Positions 37,255 to 49,795 of a stretch of DNA of 64,000 nt are shown in pieces. The translations under genes were made by a program, and so were the position numbers. The notes beneath the pieces are model-generated. The model saw only the letters and a program-made list of their open reading frames with translations. It searched no databases and had not been told where the DNA came from. Numbering within the stretch: position 1 is the first letter of the stretch; each line of letters starts with the position of its first letter. Source of the DNA: Felis catus (lineage: Eukaryota); assembly GCF_018350175.1 (NCBI RefSeq), contig NC_058368.1, positions 231,882,001 to 231,946,000 of the forward strand. The letters run 5' to 3'.

Positions 37255-37734
37255 ACGGTGTCTCCTGATCTTGACTTTGGTTTGCTCTTGGTCATGAGGT
37301 CACCTTGAGAGGCTGCAGTGTTTTACCTGTGGCTGCATGTGTGCTTTTCATGGCTGGAGTTCATTGACTGAGGAGGATGGGGTGGGTGGGGTGGGCACAC
37401 AGCAGGTCCCTGGTGCCTCCTGAGTGTCACGGTCATTCAGGGCACCCCTGGTGCTTCTGCCCTGGTGCTCACCCTGCTGGATCCATCCGGGGAGCAGGTG
37501 CTCCTGCTGCCTGACCCAGGATGGGGGTAGCAGGCACCATCGTTTAGCAGTTCTGAATGGGGTTTCCCAGCCATCTTTTTCATTTATATCTGAAGCTGGG
37601 ATTTCTTCTGTCTAGGGGAGCTACACAGGGATCTTTCTTTCAGGGATTCCTCAGGATTTCCCGTCCACGTTGCAGTTTCTCTGTGTCTTCCAAGCGCTTC
37701 CATGAAACATTTTCTTTTCTTTTCCTTTTCTTTT

Positions 37735-37938
37735 TTCTTTTTTTTTTAGAGTTTACTTATTTATTTTGAGAGAGAGTGAGCTCGCAAGTAGGGTAGGGGC
37801 AGAGAGAAAGGGAGAGAGAGAGAATCCCAAGCGGGTTCCATGCTGTCAGCACAGAGCCCCATGCGGGGCTCGAACTCACGAACTGTGAGCCGAAATCAAG
37901 AGTTGGACCCTTTACCAACTGAGCCACCCGGATGACCC
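37735..37938 (-). mobile_element. Can-SINE
   Basis: Head and body recognisable. Confidence 0.9.
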
Positions 37939-38095
37939 ACAATAATTTCTTTTAAATGCACACACCCTTTATCATTTCCAGGGTCCAAGGATGCGAAGGG
38001 CGGGGGGCAGGTTCATGTTCTCAGATGCCCATCTTGGGTCCCACCCAGGATCAGGACCCTGGATAATACAAGGGTTCACACAGGCTCTTCAGCCT

Positions 38096-38306
38096 AGGGT
38101 TGCCAGAAAAAATACAGGATGCCCATTTGAATTTGCACTTCAAGTAAACAGTGCATACTTGTGTCACTGGACATCTGTCCTGCACTTACCCCTCCCAACA
38201 GCATCCACTGTTTGTCTGAAATTTACATTTGACCTTAAAAGCTCTGTGCTGCTGCTCGTCTGCCCTTCAAATTCAGTGCACATCTTGTATTTAAACCTGG
38301 CAGCCC
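38096..38306. mobile_element. MER53 hAT MITE
   Basis: agggttgccagaaaaaatacaggatgcccatttgaattt... with inverted end ...cttgtatttaaacctggcagccc. Confidence 0.8.
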
Positions 38307-38547
38307 GACGCATGATGTCGAGTGAGCAGAAGCCACACTGTCTGTGGAGGTGGATGTATGGTGGAGGGTGGGGGCAGAGGAGAGAACGACCCATACTTTA
38401 CAGACCCAGAAGCATGGGCTCCCTAGAGCCCCCGTGCTCCCGATGCACCAGATACCATCCACCTTGAGAACCGGATCAAATGTAACGGTAGTAGTTAACC
38501 TGGAATTGGGATTCACTCACATAGTACCAAGAATGCCAACTTCCTCA

Positions 38548-38913
38548 TTACCTTAGTTCATTCGTGCTGCCGCAGCAAAATGCCATACCATACTGGGTGG
38601 CTTACAAACAACAGAAATTTCTCAACAGCTCCGGAGGCTGGGAAGTCCAGGCTCAAGGTGCCGGCCGATTTGGTGTCTGGCAAGGGCCCGAGTTCTGCTT
38701 CATAGACAGCCCTTACTGGTTTTCTCAAATGGCAGAGAGAGGGTGAGCGATCTCATGGGAACCTCTCTTATATGGCCTGAGTCCATTCCTGAGGGCTCCG
38801 CCTCGGGACCTGATCACCTCAAAAGGCCCTGCCTCCTGGAACCATCACCCTGGGGATTAGGCTTCCACAAATGAATCTGAGGAGGAGGGCACGCACGCGT
38901 TCCGGCCAGAGCA
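38548..38913 (-). mobile_element. MLT1A-type MaLR solo LTR
   Basis: actgggtggcttacaaacaacagaaattt...ggaggctgggaagtcc...ccatcaccctggggattaggctt. Confidence 0.85.
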
Positions 38914-39355
38914 ACAATTAACTGAATGAATGATGCAGATAACACCTAACTGGGAACAAAGGAATTTCTAACAATAAACATACCAGCGTATGAACATAAA
39001 TGTGATCAGTTCAAATGGGATACCGTAAAGTCTGCTGACTTACTTCTAGTGCTCTGCTTGGGATTTAAAAATAATTCTTCGGCAATATTATTAAATCATG
39101 CTCTTTGATGACAGTTCTTTTAGTGTTTCTGTTTAATATTATTAACTTCAAAGATACTGAGTATTGACTGTGTCAGCCGTTTGCTTATAGCCTCCTGATG
39201 ATACACTACATAAGAAGCAGTGTGTTAACACAGAGATCGCATTCAGAATCTTGTATATTTTCCTGACCGTGGGAGGCCAAAGAAATGATGTTAGGGGCTA
39301 ATTCTTGTTGACATACTTGTCAAATGACTATAAAAACTATAAACATAGCTGTCAC

Positions 39356-39428
39356 TTTTATTTTTATTTTATTTACTTTTCAGTGTTTATTTATTTATTT
39401 TGAGAGAGAGTGCAAGCAGGGGAGGGGC

Positions 39429-39481
<53 letters not shown>

Positions 39482-39607
39482 ATCCCAAGCAGGTCTGTCC
39501 TGTCATTGCAGAGCCCGATGTGGGCTCGATCTCACAAACCGTGAGATCCTGACCTGAGCCCAGATCAAGAGTCCGATGATCAACTGTCTGAACCATCCAG
39601 GTGCCCC
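39356..39607 (-). mobile_element. Can-SINE
   Basis: Body with long (GA)n. Confidence 0.92.
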
Positions 39608-40372
39608 TGGCTTTCATTTGTATTGGGGAGAGGGACACGGAGTAAATACTTTGCCTTAATCCTTGAAAAAAAACTTCCTATAAAATTGCCTGCATTTGAA
39701 TGGTTTCAAGTTGTGAATCTGTTCCTTTTTCCTCTGAAAAATCTGGGAATATCAACAATTTCAGATTTTCAGTTCTTCAGTTGAACAATTTGAGTCTCTC
39801 TTTTCCTTATTACTCTTAAGTGACAGAATTTTGATTCAGTACTTGTAGGACCCCTGTCCTGCTGAATATGATTTTGTGAATAAAGAGTTTTCTTCCAGGA
39901 ATTGTCAGATTTAGAGTCCTGTTAGCTTCGTATCCATGTATGCACATGTGGGCACCTTGGTCTGTATTAGCCAAAAGCCATAATCGCCCTTGACTTCATC
40001 TGTATCTTTCGTCTGTTTTTTCCTCTCTGGTCCCTTCACAGCTGCTTTTTTTTTTTTTTTTTTTCCTTTAAACGACACTCGTTTTGTACCTGAAGATTTT
40101 GAGTCATTGGATCTGATTTGCTTTTGTCTTCTGAACCTTTTAATATAGCAGAATGTAACGTAAGGGCTTGGCTAGTGCTCGCCAAGACGAGGGGAAAGCA
40201 GGAGGTAGGAGAGAAATGACACAGAATTCTTACTGCAGCATTTTCAGCTGCCTTTGTTTGTTTGTTTCTTTGTTTATTTATTTATTTATTTATTTATAGG
40301 AAAACAGGTCATTTCTTTATTTTGTTCAATATGCATTTTGAATGATTTAATACCACATTCACTTGAAAATCT

Positions 40373-40837
40373 ATTTTTTATAAATATTTAATTTTTCTTT
40401 AATATATGAAATTTATTGTCAAATTGGTTTCCATACAACACCCAGTGCTCATCCCAACAGGTGCCCTCCTCAATACCCATCACCCACCCTCCCCTCCCTC
40501 CCACCCCCCATCAACCCTCAGTTTGTTCTCAGTTTTTAAGAGTCTCTCATGGTTTGCCTCCTTCCCTCTCTGTATAACTTTTTTTTCCCCCTTCCCCTCC
40601 CCCATGGTCTTCTGCCAAGTTTCTCAGGATCCACATAAGAGTGAAACCATATGGTATCTGTCTTTCTCTGTATGGCTTATTTCACTTAGCATCACACGCT
40701 CCGGTTCCATCCATGTTGCTACAAAGGGCCATATTTCATTCTTTCTCATTGCCACGTAGTACTCCATTGTGTATATAAACCACAATTTCTTTATCCATTC
40801 ATCAGTTGACGGACATTTAGGCTTTTCCCACAATTTG
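40373..40837 (-). mobile_element. Carnivore L1 (L1_Fc-like) 5'-truncated copy: ORF2 C-terminus and 3' UTR
   Basis: ORF 40624-40833 WEKPKCPSTDEWIKKLWFIYTMEYY...MLSEISHTEKDRYHMVSL is the L1 ORF2p C-terminus; AATAAA at 40417-40412. Confidence 0.96.
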
Positions 40838-41024
40838 TCAGCTGCCTTTATTTAAGTGGCTGCTAATTTACTCGCCTGCGTGACGCTTTTGTGCCGCGAT
40901 ACTCGTTTTTGGCACAAACTATGAAGTCTCCAAGGGTCCTGCAAAGTTTGTTTTGCACTCAGAGCTTTGTTCAGGCTTTTGTTGTAAGTGGTGTTTGCCT
41001 TCCTGAGATATCGGGAGAAGAGTG

Positions 41025-41140
41025 TGAGAGGGATAGGGGGTGGGGGGCCAGGGAAAGGGAGAAAGGGAGGGGGTGGGGGGACCAGAGTTGGGGAGGAGGA
41101 CCTGAGAGAGAAGAGAGGGTGGAGGGGGAGGTGGAGGGAA
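41025..41140 (+). other. G-rich purine tract with many GGG runs (G-quadruplex potential)
   Basis: About ten or more runs of >=3 G in ~115 bp. Confidence 0.5.
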
Positions 41141-43811
41141 CCCTAGGAGTCTCCGAATAAGAAGGTGAACCGCCTTTTGTCAATAAATGCCGTTAACTAA
41201 AGTGCTTCTGAACCCAAATTAGTGGCATGATAATTTCATGCAATGTTTAATACAATAGGGTCACAACAGGAAAAATAATGAACAGTCCTTTGAAGCTGGG
41301 ATTTAAGCGAATGTGTGCTCTTCATGAATTTTTAAATTCCTAAGAATTTTACAAAGGTAAATGGAGAGAGATAAAGGAAAGAGGCTCCATTTAATTCCCT
41401 AGAATAAATGATCATCATAAGCCCGTTGAAGCCCAGGCGAAGCCCCTTATGGAGCAAATCGCCAAACAAGGGAAGTGGGTCTCAGGGCCCCTGCCCACTG
41501 TGTGTGTCTCTTTCCATTTCTGTGTTCAGTGACATCCTCCGGTGGCCTGAATGAAGCAGGCTATGGTGGGCGCATCGTGGACATCGGCTCTCCTGAAATC
41601 CGGTCATTAAACACTGGCCGGTGCACCACTGGATGCCCCCATGGCCTTCCAGTGACCAGTGTCCGTGTCGCTTATTACCGGACGGCCGTGATGGGCTCTT
41701 TCTCCTCTTCCCTCCCTCTCATCCAGGACGCTGACCTCTAGGGAGCCCCACTTCAGGTAGCGTCTTGTGCTCTTGATCGTTCTCTTTCCGACACCAAAAT
41801 GTCTGTGCCCTGAGTTCTTTCCTTGTGAGCTTAGAGGACCTCCAGTTCCCCTGGCGTGAGGCCCTGTGATTGCGTCGAGTTGCTAAGACGTTTTTCCCAG
41901 GTGCCATGTGTCATAACGTGGCAAGCTGGTCCGGATCTTCCACGGGCGGGGGTATCCATGACCACAGTGGAGGGAGCATCCGCCTCTGTTCAGCACTTGT
42001 CATGTGCACCTGCCTGTGTGCCGCTGGCCGTGGCCGTCACAACCGTAGCACGTGAAAGGACGAAGGCAAAGGATGTTTGGGTTGACAAAGCTAATTTTGG
42101 GGGGGGTCAGTGAAATTTCGGGAGGGGCAGAGGCTCTATGTTTTGCTTACTGAAGCATCAGTTCAATTTCAGTGAAACAAAATGGCTTGCAGATAGGTTT
42201 TCCATGTTGCGCCTTTATCAGGGGCATTTGACTGACCCTCGTCCCCAGGGAGGCTGAAATGGATATGTCTGCATTAGGACTCCTTCACAAGGGTGGGGTG
42301 GGGGTTGTGCAGGGCCATGCTCTTTGTTTAGATGGGAGCGCCAGTCAGCGATCAAAGACGTCTCCTCATTGGAGCCTGGTCTGTGGCCTTTCAGTGAGCC
42401 CCCGGTTTCTGTAAACATCTGGCCTTCTGGAACCTTAGAGCATGCACACCTCTGTTATTATGAAATCTGGCCTCTAAACAAATGAGTGGAATCAAAAAAG
42501 AGGTCAGGAGAGAGAGAAAGGGAAAAGGAAGTGAAATATAGATTAGAAATGGAAAAGCTAAGGTAAGTGACAAAAAAAAAAAAAAAAGAAAAATCTCTAA
42601 ATCTCCAATAGTTGAAGCAGACATCTGCAGAATTTCCAGTGGTTTGTCCCAATGAACAGAACTATGTAGGCGTAAATAGATAGTCTTTTTCATAGTGATA
42701 TTTTCAATTTGCCCATCATGGTCTGTCGGGCTCAGAGATAATTCTGGATTGACAACCAGAGAGTGACAGGGACACATTTCACATTGTGACCTAAGCCAAA
42801 ATACCTCCCTCCCCCCCAAAAAGGTCCCCTTCAAGGATCTGTGAGCAAAACATAAACTTACCCTAAACTGTGAGCAAAGCATAAACAGGAACGATCTTGC
42901 ATTTATTCTACTGGATGTATGTTTCCTACGGCATTTTTCAGTCTCTTCATGGTTAGGATTGCTCATCGCTAAACGGTAATGAACTGTGCCTGTCTACCAG
43001 CCAGTGGATCTAAATTTTACCTGGTGTGACTCATCCCTGTCTGGCCGTGGATTGAGGATAGAAGGCTAGAAAGGAGCGGAGGGCTGAATACGTGAATTTA
43101 CACACTTGTCGTGCATCTGTCTGTTTCACACGAGGTGGGTAGGTAAGTTATGAGCCTGCGCACTCATGAGATGGTTCTTCCCTCCTCCGCGGGCTGGAGG
43201 ACCACTCCTCTCTCACACCTTGCAGCTGAGGGGCAGAGGAGCAGATTTGTGATGTACAGTTTTCCTGATGAACTGAAAAATACACATGGTTTATTCACAC
43301 TCACAAAAGCCGTGTTGCCACCGAAAACGAATCTAATTGGCTAAATAAATAACCCTAAGGTTTTATTGCCTGCAGCCTTTTCCTTTATTGAATTATTAAT
43401 GCGGTGTCCCCCTCCGGATCAGCAGCAGCTAATGATGGATTTGCCCCAGGCAGTTAATATTTTCCGATCAGTTGTAAAGATCCCTGATGACTTACTTTGC
43501 TAACTCACGGCTTATATTATTCGCTCAGCTTTCAAAACGGCTTTGGGATCAGGAACGCAGTAAGTAGATTCCAGAAATACACTTGGCTGTTTTCTTATAG
43601 TCGAAACCAGCTGTTCGTAACTGGGGGTGATTTTTTTGTTTTGTTTCGGTTTTCGGTAACGCCTGGATTCTGATGTAGTTATCACAGCTTGGTGGGAAGG
43701 TGTGTAATAGTGGGGTGTAGTGGTTAGAGGACAAGGATGCTGAACTCCGTCTAACAGAGAATTCTCAGACTCCAAACGTCTATGGTGCTCTGGTTGGGAA
43801 CCCTTAGTTTA

Positions 43812-43893
43812 TTTATTTATTATTATTATTATTTTTTAATATGAGATTTATTGTCAAATTGGTTTCCATACAACACCCGGTGCTCGTCCCAAC
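43812..43893 (-). mobile_element. Extremely 5'-truncated carnivore L1 (~55 bp body plus tail)
   Basis: tttattgtcaaattggtttccatacaacacccggtgctcgtcccaac; TSD gggaaccctt(a/g)gttta at 43796-43811 and 43894-43909. Confidence 0.92.
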
Positions 43894-44573
43894 GGGAACC
43901 CTTGGTTTAAACAGATTCTGAAGGAGGAAGGAAAAGAGCCGTGGTGGGAGAGCTTCCCCGTGGGCACGCCATTCATTCTTTCGCTTAGGAGGTGTTTTGT
44001 GAGACAGGCCGTACTCTGTGCGGGGCAGGCACTGGGGGTGATGAGGTGCGTGAGCGTGAATGTTCCGTCCAGGTCTGGGCACGTAGCGCCAGTGGGGGAC
44101 CGGCCGTCCCCAGGATGACACCCAACCTGAAGTGCCACTTGAGATGGCTAGATATAGTAGTCGTGATTCACGGTGGGGACAGGGAGTGGATATTCCATTC
44201 CTTCTGGATTCCTGCTGTGAAGTGAGAAATGCTCCCTGCAGAGGGGTGTTCACAGCTTCGCGTGGACGCCCTGCCTCATGCCAGCAGTAATAACCATTTC
44301 CATTTTTGCGCTGTATGTGCGAGAAGGCGCGAGGGCCGCGCTTACATTATCCCTATCCGCGCGGCATTTCTGCAGGGTCAATGTTACTACAGATGAGGAG
44401 GCTGAGGCTCAGGAACGGGAAGCCGCGTGTCCTGCGTTCACAGTGAATGAGCAGCAGAGGGGTCCAGCCCCTCTAGAGCCTGGCGTAGCACCTCTGTTCT
44501 GTGTCCTCCCTTTGCACCACTGGGGGGAGTAGCTATGTTACTTCCTAATGACAACTGGCATTTTTATTTGGCC

Positions 44574-44787
44574 TTTAAAAAAAAATGTTTAAATTTATTA
44601 TTATTGTTTTTTTTTGACAGAGAGAGAGCAGGAAGGGCAAAGAGAGAGGGAGAGAGACAATCCCCATCAGGCTCTGTGCTGTCTGCGCGGAGTGCCATGT
44701 GGGGCTCGAACTCACAAACCGTGAGATCATGACCTGAGCTGAAATCAAGAGTCGGACACTTAACCGACTGAGCCACGCAGGTGCCCC
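44574..44787 (-). mobile_element. Can-SINE
   Basis: Head and body recognisable. Confidence 0.92.
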
Positions 44788-45104
44788 TGGTCTTATTAAA
44801 GGTCATGGCAAGCAGTAATGGAGGGTTATGTCAGCGGAAATGATGAACATGCACTAAATAACGAAGCGTATTGTCCAGTAGCCTGGGTCGGGTTAGGGAT
44901 GAGTTAGGCCAGTTCAACTCAAGATGGTGGTTGGGGCTTCGCGTGGACAGCCTCCCGAGCAGGGATCTTCAGATTCCCTCTCAGGTACTTAGCCTCTTGC
45001 TTGGCATGGATGCCTCAGAGAGTCTTCTTCACTTAGAAACACAAAAGGCGGCTGATGGCATGAAAAGCTGTTTTAGCCTCAGTCGTCGTGAAGGTGGTTT
45101 AAAC

Positions 45105-45625
45105 CATCAACTGGTTTTCACCTATCAGATTGGCAAAGGTTAAAAAAAAATTGATACCCCCAAGGTGTGCAAGGGGTCACGTATATAACAGCCATTTGGT
45201 GGCTTAAGACGTATCTAATAGTAATTGGCTTGGGGATCCCACCTCTAGGAATTGATCCTGTGTTTATGCCCACCTAACGGTGCAATGGTGGATGTTCATT
45301 GCTTTCTGAATTTTAATGGTGGAGAAAACCTAAGTGTCCACAAGAAGAGACCTGATTAAATAAAATCATGGAGCATAGCTATGTTTGCAAATACGCAGAC
45401 TTATCCACAGTATATTGAGTGAGTTAGGAAACAGCGCCTCTAGTCCCTTTGTGTATATGCATGTTCGGTCGTAAGCGCGTGGAAAATCAAAGAATATACA
45501 TCAACCTGTCCTCATCGGCTGCCTCTGTGAGATGAATTGTATTGGAGGATGGAAGGGAAGTGTTCTCACTTTCTGCAAGCCTATACTTTGAGCGACAACT
45601 ACCATATGTTAATTTAAAATGAAAA
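45105..45625 (+). mobile_element. L1ME-like ancient LINE fragment
   Basis: ttttcacctatcagattggcaaaggttaaaaa...ttgata; cccacctctaggaattgatcct; aacctaagtgtcca. Confidence 0.65.
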
Positions 45626-46489
45626 ATCTTTTAATGGAAAACACATTAACTGAGCACCTATGAATCGCCAGGTGCCTTCCTCGGCAGGAATAACACAAAT
45701 ATGAATGAGACATTTTTCTTGCTACAGAGTAGCTTCCAGATAAACTTAAACGAACGATAACAACACTCTAGCATTGGCCAGATTAACCCCATTTTGGGGA
45801 CTTGAGTTACTTTGTTGCTCAGGACAGGTTAAAATATGAACAAAGTCATTTGATACTGTGCAGGAGTATTACTTTTTGCATAGTTCTAAGACGATGGTTT
45901 CGAGTGTTATGAAAAAGAAATGTCATTTTAGAAGCTGCATTTTTCATCAAAATGCATTCTCCGTGTGTGAGATGCCGTCATGGAGAACGTGTTCACAGGG
46001 GGTCTGCTCTGAGACAGGCACTGGGGATCTCTTGATAAGTAAGAACGATGTGGCCTTTCTTTTTTAAAGACTCGTTGAGGAAACAGAAAACAGAGAAGGT
46101 AACAAAGACTTGAATGATCTTAAAACCGAGATGACTTTTCAAGTGGCCTTGAAGAATAAAAAGGGACGAACCGGACAAGAAGGAGGGAGCGTGCCACTAT
46201 GTGAGATCCCAGAGAGAGGACAAGGCTTGCAGTGTTTCAGAATCCAGTGGCCTGGGAGAGGTGGCCAGAACGGAGGAGGGGCAGGAAGGCAGGGCTGGAT
46301 GGCATTAAAGGGCGCAGAGGGGAGTAGGCATTTCTCTCCCGATAATGGAAACGGTCCTGAGATAAAGGGTTATTAATCCCAGTTAACTTGGAGGTAGGGG
46401 AGAATTAATTCCTCTCCTTGCACGTGGTGGATATTCCTTTCCTAATTACTTAGCAAGTAGACACATCTTTTCTTAAATTTTAAATGCAA

Positions 46490-46689
46490 TTAAATTAAAA
46501 ATTTTAAGTTTGTTATTTTGAGAGAGAAAGTGCAGGTGGAGGAGGGGCAGAGAGACAGGGAGAGAGAGAGAATCCCAAGCTGATTCCACACTGTCAGCGC
46601 AGAGCCCAAAGCAGGGCTCAAACTCATGAACCTCGAGATCACGTCCTGAGCTGAGGTTGGATGCTTAACTGACTGAACCACCCAGGTGC
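46490..46689 (-). mobile_element. Can-SINE
   Basis: First of a tandem triplet. Confidence 0.9.
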
Positions 46690-46691
46690 TA

Positions 46692-46926
46692 TTTTTTAAT
46701 TTTTTAATTTTATTAAAACTTTTTTTTAATGTTTATTATTTTTGAGAGAAGAGACAGAGTGTGAGCGGGGTGAGGGACAGAGAGAGAGGGAGACACAGAA
46801 TCTGAAGCAGGCTCCAGTCTCTGAGCTGTCAGCACAGAACCCAACACGGGACTCGAACCCGTGAACCATGAGATCATGACCTGAACTGAAGTCTGGTGCT
46901 TAACTGGTTGGCCCACTCAGGTGCCC
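46692..46926 (-). mobile_element. Can-SINE
   Basis: Second of a tandem triplet. Confidence 0.9.
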
Positions 46927-47004
46927 TTAAGTTTATTTTTTAGAGAGAGACAGAGGGAGAGAGGGAGAGAGAACTCGAGCAGGTGCAAGCAGGGGAGAGC
47001 AGCA

Positions 47005-47054
<50 letters not shown>

Positions 47055-47177
47055 CTCAAGCAGGCTCCGTACGCAGCACAGAGCCTGACACGGGGCTTGA
47101 TCCCACGACCCGGGGCTCATGATCTGCACCAAAATCAAGAGTCTGAGTCTCAACTGACTGGGCTACCCAGGCATCCC
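46927..47177 (-). mobile_element. Can-SINE, older subfamily
   Basis: Third of the triplet; outer TSD agtaga(c/t)acatctttt flanks the whole triplet. Confidence 0.88.
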
Positions 47178-48619
47178 AGTAGATACATCTTTTAAACACA
47201 CATAGATACTTTCAGAGGAAATACCAGAACCTTTAAGAAAAAAAAAGTGACTGTTCTTCTCAGACTTGGCCTCATACTCCATCATCAGACTCCTGTTTCC
47301 TGGTGGGAAGGTCCGTCCTTGCCTTTGATTCGTGTCTGTCACAGCTGGTGGCCTCGTTTGTCTGGCTTGTGCCCCTGAACCCCTTTGCCAACAGACGCTT
47401 TGGTTTAACCTTGCCCTCAGGCCCAGCCCTGCTGTGGCACCGCTTCCGAACTTGGCCTCAGCCCGGCGTGCAAGAGTGGCCTTCCCTGAGCTGCCCTGAC
47501 TCCGTGGAAAGTCACTTCTGCTCACGGCATCTGACCCATGGGAGTCAGCCCCGAGGGGCCGGACTCTTCACTTGGGAGAGACGCCTTCTTTGTCTCAACG
47601 TCCACAGCTTTTTATTAGCACCTGCTTTATCACACTCACTGGTTTTCTAGTGTTTGAGCTCTTTGGCGTATTATTACTATTTTTTTTTTTTTTTTTGAGG
47701 GCAGATGTCCGTGGTACATATGTTGCATGCTGCCTAATCAACAATCGCCTGTTTATGGAAAATGCCTCTGCTTTTCACCAGCACCTGTGGACTCCTTGGT
47801 GTCACTGATGGGTTTGTCACTCTGTCGTTTGATCCCCGATTCCTGGCTGTGCTGTTCCAGCTTCCAGCGTCTGGGCTCCTGCCCTCTAATCTGACCTCCT
47901 ACTCTCAGGCCATGAGAATGTATCACCTCTCCACTCCCTGGCTGTCGAGTCCTGGGGACCCGTAGGCAGATGCTCATGACCTTGTCCCTTGCCAGCTGTC
48001 CAGGCGGGGGTGTCTGTGGGTGTCCCAGGCCGGCCCAGCACGTCCCATACTTACCACGTGCCCCAGCTCACCCCCCGTGGCTGGCTTCATCCCGCTTTCA
48101 TGCTTTCCCCACACCCTCTCCCTCCTTCCTCTTCTCCTATTTTCTGTCTTCTTCTCTGTTCTCACCCTCTTACCCTCTCTCCCCGGTTTATATACTGCAC
48201 TGTAAGTTTGGCCCCAGTTTCAGGGTCAAATCTTAATGACTTGTCTGCTCGCTTTCTTGACCTGGCTATTTGATCTTGGCAGTCTGGTCCTCTAGTGTCT
48301 GTCCCCCGAGAGTCAAAAGCCAGGACGTGGCCCCCTGATGTTTTACTGGTCCTCACTGGGCCTACTGGTCCATGAGCATTCTTCATTCTTACTGCTGATT
48401 TCCATATTCAGCCACTGAGTTGTATTAATTAAAGGTGTATAGTTTGCTGGCAAAATTGTTACTTACAAATAGAGTTTTGAGGTTCTGTTTATTATTACTT
48501 TAAATCATTCACGACTAGGTGACCTGGTAGTTCTATTCCCTGCTGACTTTTATCATGCTTGCTAAGTATGGGAATGGACGGGAAAAAAAAAAAAAACATA
48601 AAAAGTGAACAATTTAAAA

Positions 48620-48975
48620 TATGGAGCAAAGAACTGGTTAGCTTTAAGGAAACGAATGAATAATATCGCATAAAAAACATGAGCCATTATGCAGTTGCTA
48701 AAAACCCTGCTATTCACAGATTTTACTCTATGTATGGAATTGTGTCTTATCTATATATCTTCTTTAGTAAACAACCGTTCTGTGTAAATTCGTGTATTTT
48801 ATATGTATCTTCTATATATTTCTAAAAAATAACTGTGAATAGGTTAAGAGGCCAGAACGAAATGTGTGAAAATGATTATGGTGATCATCTCTTGGGAGTC
48901 AGATTATGAATGATTTTTTTTTTCTTTTGCGTATTTTTATAAATTTTCTGCAGTGGGTATGAGCAGATTATATAA
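48620..48975 (+). mobile_element. L1ME-like 3' fragment
   Basis: atggtgatcatctcttgggagtcagattatgaatgatttt...aaattttctgcagtgggtatg. Confidence 0.45.
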
Positions 48976-49578
48976 GGAAGACAAAAAGACCTATGGAAAC
49001 ATACATTAAGTATGTATCTGTAAGTAAGCACGAATTCATGTGCAGGCTTTTATATTTTATTGATTGATTGCTGCTTTCCTCATCACCTCCCAAGCCTCTT
49101 CTCCCACCAGGGATCTGCTGTTTTAGACAATTCCCTTTGGCTGTTGCCCCAGACCGTGCTGGGGATTATTTCTGTGCCTGTACAATGACACAGGGGAGGA
49201 TGCAAGACGGCTGCAAGAGAACTAACACAGTTTTCTGAACACAGGGCAGGAACTTTTCATTTTATACCTGTTCGCACAGCACAGAATTGATTTCCAGAGT
49301 CACGTCATGCTATCGGGGTGCCATAAAAGAACAGAAATGAAAACAAAAAAAAAAACCTCTTCCAGAGCACTCTGTGTTGTCTTTTCTGTGCTCAAAAGTG
49401 TCAAGAGGCAGATAGAAGAAAAACAAAAAGCAAAAACAAAACCAAACACTGCCAAGCTTTTAGAGAAAAAGCAAGAGAAAAATTTCCCAAAGGACAGACG
49501 CCTTTAGAAAACATATGACATGCTGTATGTATTTTGAGAGACAAAGTCAGTGAGTTGATTGCTTAAAAAAAAAAATTA

Positions 49579-49795
49579 GGGGCGCCTGGGTGGCTCAGTC
49601 GGTTAGGCGTCCAACTTCAGCCAGGTCACGATCTCGCGGTCCGTGAGTTTGAGCCCCGCGTCGGGCTCTGGGCTGATGGCTCAGAGCCTGGAGCCTGCTT
49701 CCGATTCTGTGTCTCCCTCTCTCTCTGCCCCTCCCTCGTTCATGCTCTGTCTCTCTCTGTCCCAAAAATAAATAAACATTGAAAAAAAAAATTAA
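49579..49795 (+). mobile_element. Young Can-SINE (SINEC_Fc)
   Basis: Full length, inserted in an A-rich target. Confidence 0.96.

Noticed and set aside
40624..40833. L1 ORF2 as a functional CDS
   Set aside because: Only the last ~70 codons of a 5'-truncated copy.
42391..42966. Longest ORF (191 aa)
   Set aside because: Crosses an A/T homopolymer, has biased composition, no recognisable domain and no exon context.
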